Virus record (IMG/VR): IMGVR_UViG_2802429225_000004 | Strand: one strand, 5' to 3' | Origin: a virus | Lineage: Duplodnaviria; Heunggongvirae; Uroviricota; Caudoviricetes | Length of the DNA: 44,726 nt | In this document: positions 26,743 through 36,449 of the stretch, in pieces | Layout: every line of letters starts with the position of its first letter | Numbering within the stretch: position 1 is the stretch's first letter | Translations under genes and position numbers: made by a program | The notes under the pieces: generated by a model | Seen by the model: only the letters and a program-made list of their open reading frames with translations | Told to the model about the DNA's origin: nothing | Database searches by the model: none

Positions 26743-27771
26743 ATGGGGTTATTTACCACGCGTCAGTTACTCGGGTACACCGAGCAGAAAGTGAAATTTC
26801 GTGCGCTGTTTCTTGAGCTGTTCTTTCGTCGCACGATCACTTTCCATACTCAGGAAGTCATGCTGGATAAAATTACCGGCAAAACACCGGTTGCGGCGTA
26901 TGTGTCTCCGGTGGTGTCAGGCAAAGTGCTGCGCAGCCGTGGTGGTGAAACCCGCGTGTTACGTCCCGGTTATGTAAAACCAAAACACCGCTTTGATTAT
27001 CAGCAGGCTGTAGAACGTCTTCCGGGGGAAGATCCGGCCCGCCTTAATGACCCGGCTTACCGCCGTCTGCGTATTCTGACGGACAATCTGAAACAGGAAG
27101 AGCAGGCGATTGTGCAGGTGGAAGAAATGCAGGCAGTCAGTGCTGTTCTGCAGGGTAAATACACCATGAGCGGCGAGCAGTTTGAGACGGTGGAAGTGGA
27201 TTTTGGGCGTTCTGCCGCCAATAACATTACGCAGGCTGGCGGACGCGAATGGTCGAAGCAGAATGCTGATACCTTCGATCCGACGCATGATCTGGATGCG
27301 TACTGCGATTTCGCTTCCGGCACCATCAATATCGCGATTATGGACGGCACGGTCTGGCGTATGCTGAACGGTTTTAAACTGTTCCGTGAAAAACTGGATA
27401 CCCGCCGTGGCTCCAAATCTGAGCTGGAAACGGCACTGAAAGACCTGGGCTCCGTGGTTTCCTTTAAAGGCCATTACGGCGATCTGGCAATTGTGGTGGC
27501 GAAGACAACGTATGTTGACGAAAACGGGGATGAACAGCGTTATCTGCCGGAAGGTACACTGATTCTGGGGAACACTCAGGCGGAAGGCGTCCGTTGTTAT
27601 GGTGCCATTCAGGATAATCAGGCACTGAGTGAAGGGATCACCTCTGCGATTCGTTATCCGAAACACTGGGAGGAAGTGGGGGATCCTGGTTGCGAATATA
27701 CCATGACGCAGTCTGCGCCGTTGATGGTGCTGCCGGATCCGGATGCGTTTGTGGTGGTTCAGGTGAAATAA
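26743..27771 (+). CDS. E: Major capsid protein (lambda gpE-like)
   Basis: 342 aa; high similarity to remembered lambda gpE (PGYVKPKH, QVEEMQAVSAVL.GKYTM, DTRRGS.SELETA.KDLG). Confidence 0.9.
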   Translation: MGLFTTRQLLGYTEQKVKFRALFLELFFRRTITFHTQEVMLDKITGKTPVAAYVSPVVSGKVLRSRGGETRVLRPGYVKPKHRFDYQQAVERLPGEDPARLNDPAYRRLRILTDNLKQEEQAIVQVEEMQAVSAVLQGKYTMSGEQFETVEVDFGRSAANNITQAGGREWSKQNADTFDPTHDLDAYCDFASGTINIAIMDGTVWRMLNGFKLFREKLDTRRGSKSELETALKDLGSVVSFKGHYGDLAIVVAKTTYVDENGDEQRYLPEGTLILGNTQAEGVRCYGAIQDNQALSEGITSAIRYPKHWEEVGDPGCEYTMTQSAPLMVLPDPDAFVVVQVK

Positions 27772-27821
27772 GACGGGGCGGGATATTCCCGCCTTTTTCT
27801 TTAGCGCACGGGAGAGATGTG

Positions 27822-28199
27822 ATGACAAAAGAGCAGATGACGGAACGCCTTCAGGAACTGGCAGTGATTCTGGGGCGTGAAGCAGATATTTCAGGTTCAA
27901 AAGCCGATCTTGAGCAGCGCCTGGCGGAATGGGAAGAAGAAGCAGAATGTATTCATCAGACTGATGAGATTTCTGATGAAATTTCCGAAGTACAGAAAAC
28001 AGAGAAAGTTACGCAGAATGCAACTGATCTGGTTCGGGTAAGAATGAAAGTGACGGCTCACCTTTGTGCTTTTGATGAGCACGGCACCCGCCGGGTGGAA
28101 TTTGCTCTGGCAGGTCAAATTGTCAGTCTGGAGTCTCATCGCCTTGCCAGCGTCATTGCTGCCGGAGTGGCTGAGGTTTGCCATGCTGTCGATGTCTGA
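27822..28199 (+). CDS. FI: DNA packaging protein FI-like
   Basis: MTKEQMTERLQELAVILGRE... resembles lambda FI N-terminus; GGGAGAG RBS. Confidence 0.7.
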   Translation: MTKEQMTERLQELAVILGREADISGSKADLEQRLAEWEEEAECIHQTDEISDEISEVQKTEKVTQNATDLVRVRMKVTAHLCAFDEHGTRRVEFALAGQIVSLESHRLASVIAAGVAEVCHAVDV

Positions 28200-28557
28200 T
28201 AATGATTTTGACCGGGCTATGGCAAAAGCTGATCACGAGATACTCAGGGCGATGGGGCGTGAGTTTCATATTCAGGCCGGTGGGCGTTTTGTCCATATCT
28301 GGGGCGTACTGGATGAGACTGAGTCTGATGTTCTCCTGAAAAAAGGAGGAGGGATGATTCATGATGTCGCTCCACGGTTGTTTGTTTGCACCCGTGATAT
28401 CGAAGGTGTATCCAGGAAAAGTCGGGTTGAGTGTGATGGTGTTGTTTACTGGGTGGTAAGTATTGGCCCGGACGACAATGGTTTCTGTTATCTGACGCTG
28501 GCGCGTGGGGAACCGGGTACGTCACTGCCGGTTATTGACGGGTGGAGTAAAAAATAA
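28192..28557 (+). CDS. FII: Head completion protein FII-like
   Basis: MSDNDFDRAMAKADHEILRAMG... aligns with remembered lambda FII; start overlaps FI stop. Confidence 0.7.
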   Translation: MSDNDFDRAMAKADHEILRAMGREFHIQAGGRFVHIWGVLDETESDVLLKKGGGMIHDVAPRLFVCTRDIEGVSRKSRVECDGVVYWVVSIGPDDNGFCYLTLARGEPGTSLPVIDGWSKK

Positions 28558-28578
28558 ACTTCATAAGGAGATATCGCA

Positions 28579-29262
28579 ATGGCGCGGGCATCACGCATCC
28601 GGCAAAATCTGTTGTTTGATATCGACGTCGAAGAATTGCGGGATATTGCGGCGCTGGCTGGCGCAACGCAGCACCAGTTTCGTCTGGCCTATTCCCGCGC
28701 ACTGAAGCGAACGGCATCAAAAATGCGCATGAAGGCGCTTGCGGAACTGAAAACCGGCCTGGCTCCCCGCAAAATGGACATGCTGCGCAGGCGTCTTTTT
28801 TTCACTCGCATTACCCGGGGTAATGCAATGGATGAAGCCCGTTTCTGGTTTGGTCTTAATGCGATCAAGATAAAGGATCTACGCGGACGCATTCGTGGAC
28901 GACGTGTTCGTCATCATGATCTCCGTGACCCGGTAACCGGGCGGTTTATCAAAGAGAATCGTGTCAGACGGCGTCGCCGCAAAGCCAGCGATCCGGTTTT
29001 TGAACCCAACGGTTCGTTTTTATCTCCCACCGCATATGAAAACGGGCTGGTGATACGTAGCCGCAAAGAGAACCGACGAACAATCATCATCAAAAATCCG
29101 GAAACCGGGCGCGTCCGGGAGGCTGAAGCCGGTATTTATGCCCGTACAATGGATTATGTTGAAGATGTGGCTTTTGCAGAATGTCTGGAAATTTTTATGA
29201 AAGAGTTCGAATCGGACATCCGGCGACGTGCGAAGTACGGCATTACCGTGACCCCCCGATAA
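28579..29262 (+). CDS. Hypothetical virion protein at head/tail junction (possible tail completion/neck protein)
   Basis: 227 aa; strong RBS; function inferred by position only. Confidence 0.4.
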   Translation: MARASRIRQNLLFDIDVEELRDIAALAGATQHQFRLAYSRALKRTASKMRMKALAELKTGLAPRKMDMLRRRLFFTRITRGNAMDEARFWFGLNAIKIKDLRGRIRGRRVRHHDLRDPVTGRFIKENRVRRRRRKASDPVFEPNGSFLSPTAYENGLVIRSRKENRRTIIIKNPETGRVREAEAGIYARTMDYVEDVAFAECLEIFMKEFESDIRRRAKYGITVTPR

Positions 29263-29278
29263 AAAACGTGAGGACACA

Positions 29279-29842
29279 ATGGCTGAACCCTTATGCATGG
29301 CATCCTGGCACGCTGCTGTGCTGGGTGCCCTGAAAGAACTTAAATGGATCAGGGATGCGGATACCTACCCTGAACGGGTTACGCAACTGGTCACTCCGGC
29401 GGTGTTTCTGGCGGTCGATGGCTGGGATGCGAAAAACAATGCAGACGGACAGATGACGGTGGTGTTGTCTGCTGCGCTGTGGGTGCTGGTTGATCGTGCC
29501 GGTGAGCCGGAGAACGAAAAAAAGGAAGTGGCTGCAAAGCCGGATATTTTTATCCGTTCGGCAGCCGCCGATCTGACGCACTGGCTCGACGGACAGACGT
29601 TCGGGCTGGCAAATGTGGAGCCTGCCATTTTTATATCAGCGGACGCAGATGAAACCGATCCGCGCCTGGATGATTATCTGGTCTGGCAGATTTCATTTAA
29701 CCAGACGGTGACGTTTGGTATGGATCTCTTTGCCACGGATAACCTGCCGCTACAGCGGGCCTGGCTGGGTGTTGCACCGGAGATCGGGCGACAGCATGTG
29801 GATGATTACCGGCTGATTTTTGAGAGAAAGCCACGTGAATGA
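29279..29842 (+). CDS. Hypothetical virion protein at head/tail junction
   Basis: 187 aa; RBS GAGGA; function inferred by position only. Confidence 0.4.
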   Translation: MAEPLCMASWHAAVLGALKELKWIRDADTYPERVTQLVTPAVFLAVDGWDAKNNADGQMTVVLSAALWVLVDRAGEPENEKKEVAAKPDIFIRSAAADLTHWLDGQTFGLANVEPAIFISADADETDPRLDDYLVWQISFNQTVTFGMDLFATDNLPLQRAWLGVAPEIGRQHVDDYRLIFERKPRE

Positions 29843-30455
29843 GGTTCTGGGGGATTTACAGCGCCGCCTGGCAAATATGGTCCGGCGCGGGGTGATCCAC
29901 TCGGTGCGGCTGGACGGTGGTTTTCCGGAATGCCGCGTGGATCTGGGGGATATTGTGACCACCTGGCTGCCATTATGTCAGGGGTTTGCCGGAAAAAACA
30001 GGGCAGATTTTGAGCCGTTTGCTGTGGGTGATGCGGTTACGGTGCTGTCAGAGGCCGGGGAGCTGAATAACGGTCGTGTTTTTCCCGGCTGGAATACCGG
30101 TGAGGCACCGGCTCCGCAGGGCAGCGACAGTGAGCACATCACCCGTTACGGAGATGGTACTGAAATTTGCTATAACCGGGAGACGCACTCACTGACCATT
30201 ATTCTGGCGGAAGGGGGCACCTATGCCATTACCGGGAATGGTGTACTGGACGGAAACGTCATGATTTCAGAAAACCTGATCGTGAACGGACGCACGATGG
30301 TTGAAGGTGAAGTGGTGGTGAAAAGTGATTTTTATGCAAAAGGAGAGGTGACGGATAAATCCGGCAGTATGAGCCGGATCCGGGAAACGTTTAATGGACA
30401 CGACCATCCCGGAGACAGTGGGGGAACCACGAAAGTACCGAATCAGAAAATGTGA
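29820..30455 (+). CDS. Baseplate spike/assembly protein gpV-like (P2 V family)
   Basis: N-terminal OB-like region and C-terminal HDHPGDSGGTT motif match remembered P2 gpV. Confidence 0.7.
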   Translation: MRESHVNEVLGDLQRRLANMVRRGVIHSVRLDGGFPECRVDLGDIVTTWLPLCQGFAGKNRADFEPFAVGDAVTVLSEAGELNNGRVFPGWNTGEAPAPQGSDSEHITRYGDGTEICYNRETHSLTIILAEGGTYAITGNGVLDGNVMISENLIVNGRTMVEGEVVVKSDFYAKGEVTDKSGSMSRIRETFNGHDHPGDSGGTTKVPNQKM

Positions 30456-30493
30456 CCTGCTGCGGCAGGTTTTTTTATGTCCGGAGAATGCAA

Positions 30494-31963
30494 ATGGGGC
30501 AATTACATGGTGTGGAAACCATCGAGCTGACAGCAGGCACGGTGGCGGTAACCACAATAGAGACAGCCATTATTGGGGTGGTGGGAACCGCGCCGCAGGC
30601 TGCCGGGGCTGTGGCAGCAACACTGACAGCGGGAACGCCGTTGCTGGGTAACGAGCTGACCTTTACGGCAAAAGCGGCGGGGCGGAGCGGAAATACCATT
30701 ACCGTTATTGCTGAACAGGCTTTACAGGCAGCAAAAGAAAAAAGTGCGGGTGCGGTCCCCACGTCAGCAAAATGGGAAAACGGAAGCCTGTTGATTTGGC
30801 TTGGATGCAGTGAAGAGGGGGCCGGTAATGCCACCGTCAGCGATGTTGTGACGGCAGTGAATGGCGTGGCTGGGGTCGGGGTGAGTGCCACCGGCAGCGG
30901 TGACGGTATTGTGTCGCCGTTTTCCGGCACACTGAGTGGCGGTGAAGATGAACCGTTTCCGCTGAACACGCCAGTGGCGATGGCGGGAACAACGGCGCTT
31001 TCACGTCTGGGGCTCACCGGAACACTGAAGCAGGCGCTGACGGAGATTAACGACCAGCGTAACGCGCTGTCGGTGATCGTCCGGGTGGAAGAAAAAACGA
31101 AGCCGGAAGAGCAGCGTGCTGCCATTCTTGCGGGGATCAGCATGCTGTCATCGGCAAAATCCGTCACCACGTATCAGCCACGTATTGTGATTGCACCAGG
31201 ATTCAGTGAAGACGATGCGGTAGGTAAGGCACTGGAAACTGTGGCCGGAAAACTGCGGGCAGTGGCGTACGTGGATTGTGCTGCGGGCGCGACACTGCAG
31301 GAAGTGGTGCAGCGTCGTCAGTCTTACGGTGCCCGGACTGAACTACTGCGCCCGCGTGTGCAGGTCAGTAATGCAGAGGGGCAACTGGTGTATCGCCCGT
31401 ATTCGGCGTTTGCTGCCGGACTGCGTGCCCGTATTGACTATGAAAAAGGGTGGTGGTGGAGCAAATCAAACCAGGAGGTTTACAACATCCTCGGTGTTGA
31501 GCAGGTGGATGAATTTATCCTCGGTGAGCGTAACTGCGATGCCAACCTGCTTAATATGCAGAATGTCTCCACCCTGATCCGCCGCGCCGGATTTAAACAC
31601 TGGGGAAACCGGCTGTGCTCGTCCCATCCTCAGTGGCATTTCGAGTCCGTCCGCCGTACTGCGGATGTGATTGAAGACAGTATTCAGGAAGCGATGCTGG
31701 CATATGTTGACCGCCCGCTTGATCGTCAGAATGCGGACGACATCATTGGCACCATTAATGCGTATATGCGCCGTCTGGTGGCAGAAGGTGCCATCTTCGG
31801 GGGGCGGGCATGGCTGGATCCGGAACTGAATACCGCCGAAACGCTGGCAGCCGGTGAACTGTACATCAACTATGACTTCGGTCCCAAATCGCCGACTGAA
31901 CTTATCAGCATGCGGGTGAGCGTCAACAACGAATACGGCATTAAGGAGATGAAGGCAACATGA
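30494..31963 (+). CDS. Contractile tail sheath protein (P2 FI / Mu L family) with an extra internal region
   Basis: N-terminus HGVETIELTAGT...TAIIGVVGTA resembles P2 FI; large size with roughly 100-aa insertion near N-terminus. Confidence 0.8.
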   Translation: MGQLHGVETIELTAGTVAVTTIETAIIGVVGTAPQAAGAVAATLTAGTPLLGNELTFTAKAAGRSGNTITVIAEQALQAAKEKSAGAVPTSAKWENGSLLIWLGCSEEGAGNATVSDVVTAVNGVAGVGVSATGSGDGIVSPFSGTLSGGEDEPFPLNTPVAMAGTTALSRLGLTGTLKQALTEINDQRNALSVIVRVEEKTKPEEQRAAILAGISMLSSAKSVTTYQPRIVIAPGFSEDDAVGKALETVAGKLRAVAYVDCAAGATLQEVVQRRQSYGARTELLRPRVQVSNAEGQLVYRPYSAFAAGLRARIDYEKGWWWSKSNQEVYNILGVEQVDEFILGERNCDANLLNMQNVSTLIRRAGFKHWGNRLCSSHPQWHFESVRRTADVIEDSIQEAMLAYVDRPLDRQNADDIIGTINAYMRRLVAEGAIFGGRAWLDPELNTAETLAAGELYINYDFGPKSPTELISMRVSVNNEYGIKEMKAT

Positions 31964-32466
31964 GCAGTAAAAACACATTACGGGCCTGGACTTTTTTCCG
32001 CCAGGGGATCCGTATTCAGGGAGCGCATGAGTTCACGCCACCCACGCTGTCCATAACCACCACCGATTTACGCACCGGGGCACAGGATGCGCCCACGCCG
32101 GTTGACGACGGCATGGAGGCGCTGACCTGCCAGATTAAATTCTATGGTCTGGATACAGACATGCTGTCCAGTCTCGGATTTGTCAGTGGCAGCCGCTCCC
32201 GCTTCACGGCCTATCAGGGCTATCTGGCAAACGGCACCGCGCTGGGGACCACCGAAGAAATCGAAGGTTTTGTGAAAACGGTGACGCCGGATGCGCGCGG
32301 AAACAGCGGGCTGTCAGAAAATGCGGTGACAGTGGAAATCGCGGTGAATTATTACCGTCAGACGCTGGAGGGGATCGAACTCATTATGATTGATACCGAG
32401 CGTTTTGAGCGTCGGATCAACGGCGTGAATGTTCTCGCCGGCCTGTCGGCAAAAGTGCGTCTCTGA
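31960..32466 (+). CDS. Tail tube protein (P2 FII family)
   Basis: 168 aa; ATGA overlap with sheath gene; synteny sheath-tube. Confidence 0.75.
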   Translation: MSSKNTLRAWTFFRQGIRIQGAHEFTPPTLSITTTDLRTGAQDAPTPVDDGMEALTCQIKFYGLDTDMLSSLGFVSGSRSRFTAYQGYLANGTALGTTEEIEGFVKTVTPDARGNSGLSENAVTVEIAVNYYRQTLEGIELIMIDTERFERRINGVNVLAGLSAKVRL

Positions 32467-32484
32467 GCACTGATTAACGCATAA

Positions 32485-32506
32485 CGGCCTGCGGGCCGTT
32501 TTTTTT
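32485..32506 (+). terminator. Intra-operon rho-independent terminator after tube gene
   Basis: CGGCC-TGCG-GGCCG hairpin followed by T8. Confidence 0.5.
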
Positions 32507-32518
32507 AAGGAGCAGATT

Positions 32519-32818
32519 ATGAATATTCCGGGTGAAACCCGCACCATCACACTGTACACACCTGTCACTCTGGGGGGCGGGGCTGTGCTGGAACACATCA
32601 CCATGCGCGAACCGCTGGTGCGCGATCGCATTGCCTTCACCAAAGACCGGGGAACAGAGGAGGAAAAAGAGGCGCGTATGATTGCGCAGCTTTGTAATCT
32701 GAGTGAGCAGGATATCTGGCTGCTGACCGCAGCGGATTATGCCCAGCTGACGGATGCCTTTAATGTTTTTATGCTGCCACCCGGGAAGCGACCGAAACCG
32801 AAATCTTCAGAGGGTTAA
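32519..32818 (+). CDS. Tail assembly chaperone gpE-like (probable E/E' frameshift gene)
   Basis: 99-aa ORF between tube and tape measure; both alternative frames stay open across the gap to the tape-measure start. Confidence 0.5.
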   Translation: MNIPGETRTITLYTPVTLGGGAVLEHITMREPLVRDRIAFTKDRGTEEEKEARMIAQLCNLSEQDIWLLTAADYAQLTDAFNVFMLPPGKRPKPKSSEG

Positions 32819-32920
32819 GGTTTCTCGGGCGGCGGCTGCATTTTCCTCTTTCCGATTATCTGTCCATGCCGTTCAGTGTGTTTACGGCATTTTTACTGGA
32901 TGAAGTGGAGGCGGTAAAAC

Positions 32921-34570
32921 GTGGGAAGCGTAAGTCAGAATCTTAAGGCCACCGTGTCGTTCGGGGGCAAACTGGACAGTTCGTGGCGTCGTTCGGCGAC
33001 GGATCTGCGAAAAAATCTGCAGGATGTGGAGCAGCAGGCTGCGCGTTTGCGTAAGGAGCAGGCAGAGCTGGCAGCAGAAATGAAGCGGGCGGCGCTGGCA
33101 GGGAAACGTTTTAAGTCGATGGAGGATGAATACGCCCGGCTCACTGCTGAAATTAAGAAAGCGGATGCGGCCCAGAAAAAACTGAACCGGAGCCTTGAGC
33201 GTCGCGATCGGCTCGGACGTTTTATGGGGAAGGGAAAAAGTCTGCTTGCCGGAACCGGCAAATTTGCCTGGAATGCCGGTCTGGCGATGGGGGGCGGTGC
33301 CGTGACCACGGCACTTGGTGCGCTGATTGCTCCGGCAGCCATGAATGCGCAGACGGCTGAAACGGCGGGTAAAGCGACTGCGTATGGCGTGGATACCCGT
33401 ACGTACATGAACTGGGACGCCCTGGCAAAACAGTACGATATGACCGGCGATAATATCGGAGATCTGTTTGAGGAATACCTGCATAAGGCCGGGGAATATA
33501 AACAAAATGGCAAGCAGAGTTCGCTTTCTGACGCCTTTGAAACGCTGGGATTTAAGGAGGGCGATCTTGCCGGACTGAGTGATTCGTCGCAGTTCGAAAA
33601 AATTATCGACAGGGCGCTGTCTCTGGAAGATGAATCAAAGGCATCTTTTGCGCTGGATGCATTGTTTGGTGGTGAAGCCAGTAAACTGCTGATGCTGATC
33701 AAACGTTCAGGAAAAAGTTTTCAGGAACTGCTGGCTGAGCAGGATAAATATAATCTGGTGACAAAAGAGGGGGTGGCTGGCGCACTTGCCGGAAACAAGG
33801 CTGTTTCTGATTTGCAGCAGGTTTTTTCTTCTGCGGTTGCAGAAATTTCCGGACAACTGGGCGCAGAGCTGGCTCCCGCTATACAACAGACAGCGGGTGA
33901 CCTGGCAGAGTGGTTTAAAGGTGGAGGCATTAAAAAGGTTGTGTCTTTTCTGAGGGACACCCTGTATCCGGCAGCCCTGAAGTTTGGCGAAGGCGTCATT
34001 TTTGTCGGAAAAATCATTTTTGCAGCAGCCAAAAAGCTCTCCTGGTTGTTACCGGATGAACAGGGCGATCAGAAGCAGATTCTGGAGTATGTCGGGCGTG
34101 GTGACATGACCGCTGCCCGGACAGTGGCCCGGAACAGCGGGCAGGATGCGTGGCTTGACGGGCAACTGAAAAATAATCCCGATTTTGAAAAGAGTGTCCG
34201 TGAAAAATACAACGCCGCGAAGGGCTTTATGGGCATTGTGGATACGGATGCGTTTCATGAATCGGTGAACAGTTACCTCACGCCGGAAAAAACGTTCGAT
34301 TTTTCGCTGCCGGCAGGATCCGCCGGAAAACAGGATGATCCTTTTGCCAGTGCGGGGGCATGGCAGGCTGCCGTGCAGGCTATTCCTGTTGAGGGCGGAC
34401 AGTCCGGCGCACAGCTGAATGACAACAGTGTGAAGAATTATAACTTCAACATTGTTGCGCAGCCCGGACAGAGCGAACAGGGTATTGCGGACGCCATTGC
34501 CGGAATGACGAAAAACAACCCGGCCTTCAGTGGTAATAATGCGTTGTGGGATGGAGGAAGTGTCTGGTGA
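32921..34570 (+). CDS. Tail tape measure protein
   Basis: 549-aa helical/Ala-Gly-rich protein in tape-measure position; GTG start with GGAGGCGG RBS. Confidence 0.7.
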   Translation: MGSVSQNLKATVSFGGKLDSSWRRSATDLRKNLQDVEQQAARLRKEQAELAAEMKRAALAGKRFKSMEDEYARLTAEIKKADAAQKKLNRSLERRDRLGRFMGKGKSLLAGTGKFAWNAGLAMGGGAVTTALGALIAPAAMNAQTAETAGKATAYGVDTRTYMNWDALAKQYDMTGDNIGDLFEEYLHKAGEYKQNGKQSSLSDAFETLGFKEGDLAGLSDSSQFEKIIDRALSLEDESKASFALDALFGGEASKLLMLIKRSGKSFQELLAEQDKYNLVTKEGVAGALAGNKAVSDLQQVFSSAVAEISGQLGAELAPAIQQTAGDLAEWFKGGGIKKVVSFLRDTLYPAALKFGEGVIFVGKIIFAAAKKLSWLLPDEQGDQKQILEYVGRGDMTAARTVARNSGQDAWLDGQLKNNPDFEKSVREKYNAAKGFMGIVDTDAFHESVNSYLTPEKTFDFSLPAGSAGKQDDPFASAGAWQAAVQAIPVEGGQSGAQLNDNSVKNYNFNIVAQPGQSEQGIADAIAGMTKNNPAFSGNNALWDGGSVW

Positions 34571-34653
34571 GTGTGGGTTCGGTTATTGCTCTCGCTGAAG
34601 ACAGCCTTCAGCGTTACAACAGTTATCTCCGTGGTGCTGCAGATGCCAGAGTC

Positions 34654-35046
34654 ATGCTGATGCTGGGGGATTTCGCCTTTTCCGTGGATACCACGGCATA
34701 TAACCAGCTGACCCGTGAGGCCGGGTGGACCTGGAGCGAGCAGTCGCGTATCGGGCAGCAGAGTCTGCTGCAGTACACCGGGAAAAACGGGCGAACCGTC
34801 CGCCTTGAAGGGGAATCGCACGCCTTTTTGGGGAAGTCAGGGACGGAGGCGGTGAACACGCTGTATGACCTGGCAAATAAGGCTGAGCCGCAACTGCTGG
34901 TCAGTGGAGAAGGTGATGTGCTGGGATGGTGGGTGGTGGAGCGTTTTTCTGATTCCACCGACTGCTTTTTACCTGGTGGTGGGCACCGTAACAAAAAGTG
35001 GAGTCTGGAGCTGAAACATTATGCCGACGATCTGGATAACCCGTGA
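34654..35046 (+). CDS. Tail protein gpU-like (P2 U family)
   Basis: MLMLGDFAFSVDTTAYNQL... resembles P2 gpU N-terminus; ORF opens upstream at 34546, start uncertain. Confidence 0.6.
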   Translation: MLMLGDFAFSVDTTAYNQLTREAGWTWSEQSRIGQQSLLQYTGKNGRTVRLEGESHAFLGKSGTEAVNTLYDLANKAEPQLLVSGEGDVLGWWVVERFSDSTDCFLPGGGHRNKKWSLELKHYADDLDNP

Positions 35047-35236
35047 CGGGGATGTGCTTGATGCGATTTGCGCCACGCATTACGGCACGGAAAATCTGTC
35101 TGCCGTGCTCACTCTTGTGCTGGAGGCCAATCAGGGGTTGGCAGAGAAGGGCGCGGTTTATCCGGCGGGGATCCGGATTGTGTTGCCTGAAATCACACAA
35201 CAGGTGTCTGAGTCGCCATACAGCCTGTGGGATTAA
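35021..35236 (+). CDS. Tail protein X-like (P2 gpX family)
   Basis: 71 aa; GDVLDAICATHYG...VLEANQGLAE.GAV.P.G resembles P2 gpX. Confidence 0.6.
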   Translation: MPTIWITRDGDVLDAICATHYGTENLSAVLTLVLEANQGLAEKGAVYPAGIRIVLPEITQQVSESPYSLWD

Positions 35237-35244
35237 GGGAGGAG

Positions 35245-36447
35245 ATGATGACGTCATTATCCGAACAGCTGCAGGCAATAAATGCTGCGTATCAGGAGTC
35301 CCTGAACAGTGAGGAAAAACAGGAAACCATTGCCACGACCGTCCGGGAATTCTGCCCGGCGTATCGGGTGACAGCTGAAGGGCGGGATATCACGCGGGTG
35401 CTGGCCCGTTATCTTGTGGATATCACTCTGACGGATTACGGCGGAGCCACCGCCAAATCTGATGAACTGAAAATCACGCTGCTTTCTGAAACACTGCCCC
35501 TGCCGACAAAGGGGGCGCGTCTGCGGGTGGCGATGGGGTTTAACGGTAATCTGGTGGACAAGGGCTGGTTTGTGGTGTGCGGCGTGAGCAGCAGCGGCCC
35601 GCCGCGGCGGATCGAGATTTATGCTACCGCTGCCCCCATGAATGCGGAAAAGCAGTCCGGTGATGTGCTGAATCAGAAAACACGCAGCTGGGATAATCTC
35701 ACGCTGGGTGATCTGGTGAAAACTGTTGCCACGGAAAACGGACTGAAGGCCCGGGTGGCGGAGAAGCTGGCGGGGATCCGCATTACCCATGTGGATCAGG
35801 TGGCAGAATCGGATGCCAGCCTGTTGTCCCGCCTTGCCCGGACGTATAACGCCGTCAGTAAACCTGCCGGAGGTTACTGGTTGTTTCTGGAGCAGGGTGC
35901 CGGAACCACCGTATCGGGCGCGCCCCTGAAGACCGTGACGCTGACACCTTCCGTGGTGTCATCCTGGAATTATCAGGAAGGTGAACGGGGGAGCTCTGGC
36001 GGCGGTGGAGATAAAAAAAAGAAGAAAGAAAAAATCACGGTTCGTTATTTTGACAAGGCTGACGGGCGAACCAAAACGGCAACCGTGGAGCATGACGGCT
36101 CGTCTGTAACCAGTCCGTACACGCAACCGGAAAAGGAAACGGCTGAACAACAGGCAAAATCGAAAAAAACACAGGCGCAACGCAACAGCCGGAAAATGAC
36201 GCTGACAGGGCCGTGCCGTCCTTCATATGTTGCCATGACCGCCGAATCCGGCGTGGTGACATCCGGATTTGGTAAGCGGGAAGATCGCCGCTGGCTCGTG
36301 GAATCACTGTTTTTTTCCCTCTCATCTTCAGGCTTTACCTTCACGTTTAATCTGGTGGCTGAAATCAAAAACGCCAGTAAATCAGACAAAAAATCCGGTG
36401 ATAAAACAGGGCCGGATTATTTTGGTATCGGATCGGGAAAAAAATAA
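35245..36447 (+). CDS. Tail protein gpD-like (P2 late control D family)
   Basis: About 400 aa in gpD position; GGGAGG RBS; contains an A8 homopolymer at 36013-36020. Confidence 0.65.
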   Translation: MMTSLSEQLQAINAAYQESLNSEEKQETIATTVREFCPAYRVTAEGRDITRVLARYLVDITLTDYGGATAKSDELKITLLSETLPLPTKGARLRVAMGFNGNLVDKGWFVVCGVSSSGPPRRIEIYATAAPMNAEKQSGDVLNQKTRSWDNLTLGDLVKTVATENGLKARVAEKLAGIRITHVDQVAESDASLLSRLARTYNAVSKPAGGYWLFLEQGAGTTVSGAPLKTVTLTPSVVSSWNYQEGERGSSGGGGDKKKKKEKITVRYFDKADGRTKTATVEHDGSSVTSPYTQPEKETAEQQAKSKKTQAQRNSRKMTLTGPCRPSYVAMTAESGVVTSGFGKREDRRWLVESLFFSLSSSGFTFTFNLVAEIKNASKSDKKSGDKTGPDYFGIGSGKK

Positions 36448-36449
36448 TC

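Noticed and set aside
26959-27900. 313-aa minus-strand ORF antisense to the major capsid gene
   Set aside because: It lies entirely within the strongly supported gpE-like capsid gene on the opposite strand, in GC-rich DNA that generates long shadow ORFs; no RBS or homology support
30475-31170. 231-aa minus-strand ORF antisense to the tail sheath gene
   Set aside because: Overlaps the well-supported sheath gene; low-complexity Ala/Ser/Thr/Val-rich shadow translation
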